Assembly (NCBI GenBank): GCA_045658305.1
Contig: JAZOUT010000087.1
Coordinates: 1,046-65,045 of the forward strand
DNA: 64,000 nt
DNA from: Candidatus Aphodosoma sp.
Lineage (GTDB): Bacteria > Bacteroidota > Bacteroidia > Bacteroidales > Paludibacteraceae
Direction: 5' to 3'
Part shown: in pieces, positions 61,773 to 64,000 of the stretch
Numbering within the stretch: the first letter of the stretch is position 1
Layout of the letters: each line of letters opens with the position of its first letter
Made by a program: the position numbers and the translations under genes
Notes under the pieces: model-generated
Told to the model about the DNA's origin: nothing
What the model saw: the letters and a program-made list of their open reading frames with translations, nothing else
The model's database searches: none

Positions 61773-62195
61773 CTAATTCCTCATTGCAATCGCTTCCACT
61801 GCCAATCTATACGACTCCAATCCAAACCCCGAAATCACACCCACACAAGCTTTCGACAACAATGACACCCTACGCTCCTCTTCACGAGCATAGATGTTGG
61901 TGATATGCACCTCTACCACAGGCGTTGTGATTGCCGCCACTGCATCAGCTATAGCCACCGAAGTATGAGTATAGCCACCAGCATTCAACACCACTCCATC
62001 TGCCGAAAATCCCACTTCGTGCAATTTATTGATTATCTCACCCTCTACATTCGACTGATAATACTCTATCTCGCAATCGGCATATTGCGCTTTCAACACC
62101 TCTAAATAATCCTCAAATCGCGTAACCCCATACTTTTCTGGTTCACGAACACCCAACAAATTCAAGTTAGGACCATTGATTATCACTATTTTCAT
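61773..62195 (-). CDS. aroQ: Type II 3-dehydroquinate dehydratase
   Basis: MKIVIINGPNLNLLGVREPEKYG...NAGGYTHTSVAI.DA...EVHI.N is the canonical AroQ (140 aa). Confidence 0.95.
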   Translation of the reverse strand: MKIVIINGPNLNLLGVREPEKYGVTRFEDYLEVLKAQYADCEIEYYQSNVEGEIINKLHEVGFSADGVVLNAGGYTHTSVAIADAVAAITTPVVEVHITNIYAREEERRVSLLSKACVGVISGFGLESYRLAVEAIAMRN

Positions 62196-62213
62196 AATTC
62201 AAAAAAATTTTTG

Positions 62214-62221
62214 CAAAGTTA
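62214..62221 (-). promoter_or_regulatory. -7 promoter motif TAACTTTG for aroQ
   Basis: The rc of caaagtta, 19 nt upstream of the ATG at 62195. Confidence 0.55.
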
Positions 62222-62275
62222 CAAAAAAAAACACAACTACCCAAAGGCATTCTTTCTACATTTTCAAGATTGCTT

Positions 62276-62330
62276 TATAGTATGTTTATAGTATATTTAT
62301 CATATATTTATAGTATGTTATAGTATACTT
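62276..62330 (+). repeat. 11-bp tandem array F (4 units plus 1 degenerate)
   Basis: tatagtatgtt tatagtatatt tatcatatatt tatagtatgtt atagtatactt. Confidence 0.9.
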
Positions 62331-62341
62331 AAGGTAATACT

Positions 62342-62382
62342 AAAGAGAATCGAGAATACTCTTATTTTTATTCTCTTTTTTT
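62342..62382 (+). terminator. Terminator-like hairpin plus T-run immediately downstream of array F
   Basis: aaagagaat (62342-50) pairs with attctcttt (62370-78), with the T-run running to 62382. An alternative inner hairpin is aagag/ctctt. Confidence 0.5.
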
Positions 62383-62386
62383 AAGA

Positions 62387-62426
62387 GCGGATAGTCCAGA
62401 TATTCTGGAACGCTTCGCTTGTCTGG
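62387..62426 (+). repeat. 40-nt conserved hairpin module (copy 2), homologous to 32405..32444
   Basis: gcggatagtccagatattctggaacgcttcgcttgtctgg. Confidence 0.8.
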
Positions 62427-62687
62427 AGGAGACACTCTAAAGAATTGATTTTCAAATAAATTACATCTAATTTTAAAACTTATTTGTCATGAAACCAAAG
62501 AAATTCATACTGCGTGGGGGAATGCAAATATGATTAATAAATACTCATCTTTGAATTATTAAATAGAAAAGCAAAAAATAATTAGGTTATATTGCCGTAG
62601 CTTTTGGAGGTGCGACAATATTGTTTTTATAAAAGTTAAACTCCATAAAAAAAAGAAAAAAGACTTGCATTTAGCACAAAAATTTTG

Positions 62688-62695
62688 TATCTTTG
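62688..62695 (+). promoter_or_regulatory. -7 promoter motif TATCTTTG for 62731..63780
   Basis: Motif 36 nt upstream of the ATG. Confidence 0.6.
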
Positions 62696-62730
62696 CAAAA
62701 TATTATATAAAATTCAACACCTAATAATTT

Positions 62731-63780
62731 ATGAAACACTTGATAATCGCATGCCTCACAATCGCATCAACACTTACTGTCTTTGCTAAAACCGTAGTAA
62801 CCCCTTTCGATGCTTCCAAAGACTATCTCAACGGTATCACATATTCACTCCCTAAAACAAAAATCGACATTGTAATTACCGCACGCCACACAATCGAAAA
62901 ACCAGGTCCTTTCTACCAATATGCCGAACGCTACCTCGCCACTAAAGAGATTATCACCATCAACAACGAGACTTGGCAAATCGACAACATCGAAATCAAA
63001 TCGAATGCCATTGCCGACCCTAATCGCACATTCCAAGTTGCAATCGACAACAAAGGCATCGCCAACAACATAACATACGCCCACGACAACATCATCGCCG
63101 GAGTGAATGTTTTGTCGGACTGGTTGAACAAATCGGACAAATCGGACGAATCGGACAAGTCAGACAAAACGATTAAATTCGACTACTCCGTCCTCAACGA
63201 AGACGCCCTTGTTGCTACTTCTATTCCTAAAATGGCTGAAATGGTAGCACGCCAAATCTACCACATCCGCGAGAGTCGTACTGCACTTCTCTCTGCCGAC
63301 CTCGACCAAATACCTGACGGCAAAGCTCTCAAAACTATGCTCGCTCAACTTGATAAAGAAGAAACCGAATTAGTTGCATTCTTCGTTGGAAAATCTACAT
63401 CTTACACTGTAACAAAAACTTACAGTATCACTCCCGACGACGACCTCAAAGATTACGTCATCGCCCGCATCAGCATATCAGAAGGTCTAACCAGTGCAGG
63501 CAACGTCATCGGCGAACCTATCTATCTCAACGTTGAAGGCACTTACATCAACACCCCTCTCACCGACCCTAAAAAAGAAAAAGCCCCTAAAGGCTTCTAC
63601 TACAACGTGCCAGGCAAAGCCAAAATCACTATCGAAAGTCCCGACTTCACCACACAAACAACTCTAACTATCGCCCAATTCGGCTACACTACATATCTCA
63701 ATGCCAAATTGACCAACAACAAAACAGCACGCATCACCTTCAACCCCGAACTTGGCACAATCATCAAAATCGAAAAATAA
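62731..63780 (+). CDS. Secreted protein of unknown function (349 aa), DUF4831-like
   Basis: Signal peptide MKHLIIACLTIASTLTVFA. YSLPKTKIDIVI...GPFYQYAERYL resembles DUF4831 proteins of Bacteroidales (from memory). Contains an in-frame 9-bp repeat insert. Confidence 0.75.
   Translation: MKHLIIACLTIASTLTVFAKTVVTPFDASKDYLNGITYSLPKTKIDIVITARHTIEKPGPFYQYAERYLATKEIITINNETWQIDNIEIKSNAIADPNRTFQVAIDNKGIANNITYAHDNIIAGVNVLSDWLNKSDKSDESDKSDKTIKFDYSVLNEDALVATSIPKMAEMVARQIYHIRESRTALLSADLDQIPDGKALKTMLAQLDKEETELVAFFVGKSTSYTVTKTYSITPDDDLKDYVIARISISEGLTSAGNVIGEPIYLNVEGTYINTPLTDPKKEKAPKGFYYNVPGKAKITIESPDFTTQTTLTIAQFGYTTYLNAKLTNNKTARITFNPELGTIIKIEK
63112..63165 (+). repeat. In-frame 9-bp tandem array (6 units, TCGGAC core)
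   Basis: ttgtcggac tggttgaac aaatcggac aaatcggac gaatcggac aagtcagac, translated as LSDWLNKSDKSDESDKSD. Confidence 0.9.
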
Positions 63781-63792
63781 TTTTTTGAATTT

Positions 63793-64000
63793 AAACATAA
63801 GTACATACTTAATTCTATAGGACGATTAATGTATTTTGCCACTAAAAATTCCCTACGGCTTAATTTTTTCTAAGTACATATATTCCAAGCTAATCAATCA
63901 AATACAAGGCTTGTACTTAAATAGATAATTATCCTCACCAAAACCCTAAAAGTCCAACCTAAGACACACAAACCTATAAACAAAAATATGTACTTCTGTT
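63793..64000. repeat. Nested-palindrome element (TAAGTACAT motif, order F F R R), copy 2, possibly cut by the window end
   Basis: aaacataagtacata (63793-807), ctaagtacatat (63870-81), cttgtacttaaat (63910-22), atatgtacttctgtt (63986-64000). Confidence 0.7.

Noticed and set aside
29085-63780. Apparent mosaic of plus-strand C>G skew (strong in 29085-32700, 42060-44100, 50150-52230, 53560-57500 and 61770-63780; weak elsewhere) as a sign of horizontal transfer or a replication-strand switch
   Set aside because: This is only a by-eye impression and it cuts across gene orientation. Without computed skew and codon-usage statistics I cannot separate mutational strand bias, repeat content and gene-specific composition. 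It is recorded but not claimed.
1-64000. Mobile genetic elements, prophage, defence systems (restriction-modification, toxin-antitoxin, CRISPR-Cas, retrons) or biosynthetic clusters
   Set aside because: I saw no transposase, integrase, recombinase, phage structural, nuclease/methylase or reverse-transcriptase motifs in any listed ORF. The accessory content is surface proteins and short repeats.

Overview
This 64-kb window looks like a low-GC Bacteroidota (Bacteroidales-like) chromosome segment. Three things support that: C-terminal tails typical of type IX secretion (T9SS) cargo, the Bacteroidetes -7 promoter motif TAnnTTTG upstream of nearly every transcription unit, and a long-form YidC with a type-2 IleRS. 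I call 25 CDS and 1 tRNA. Five CDS are very large T9SS-type surface proteins: a tandem paralog pair of more than 2,746 aa (cut by the left window edge and absent from the ORF track) and 3,518 aa, then a run of 1,036, 1,793 and 1,203 aa. Housekeeping genes are ileS, an acyl-CoA ligase, lplA, mtnN, an arginine-decarboxylase-like enzyme, tRNA-Arg(CCU), yidC, rpsO, polA, a monomeric [FeFe]-hydrogenase and aroQ. There is a putative metal-uptake operon (His/Cys-rich membrane protein, TonB-dependent receptor, His-tailed HMA protein), a lipoprotein operon with two paralogous 3-TM proteins, a second OM barrel and two lipoprotein genes. I saw no transposase, integrase, CRISPR or recognisable defence genes. 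The most unusual signal is not a gene. Very short tandem repeats saturate the region. (i) Six copies of a composite upstream cassette carry 5-7 units of an 11-bp repeat (TATAGTATRTT / TATCCTATATT) followed by a purine-rich 7-bp array. (ii) At least 16 heptanucleotide arrays of a related superfamily (CATTGTG / AATTGTG / AATTGAG / AATTAGG / AATTAAG / ATTGACC) lie in intergenic DNA, in 5' UTRs and in frame inside coding sequences: polA, mtnN, a TonB-receptor signal peptide and the His/Cys protein. (iii) There are also 9-, 12- and 15-bp arrays, inverted arrays and nested palindromes. polA carries three such in-frame insertions, and in one of them every unit that would create an in-frame stop is a stop-free variant. 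All coordinates and repeat counts were read by eye, and no searches or computations were run.
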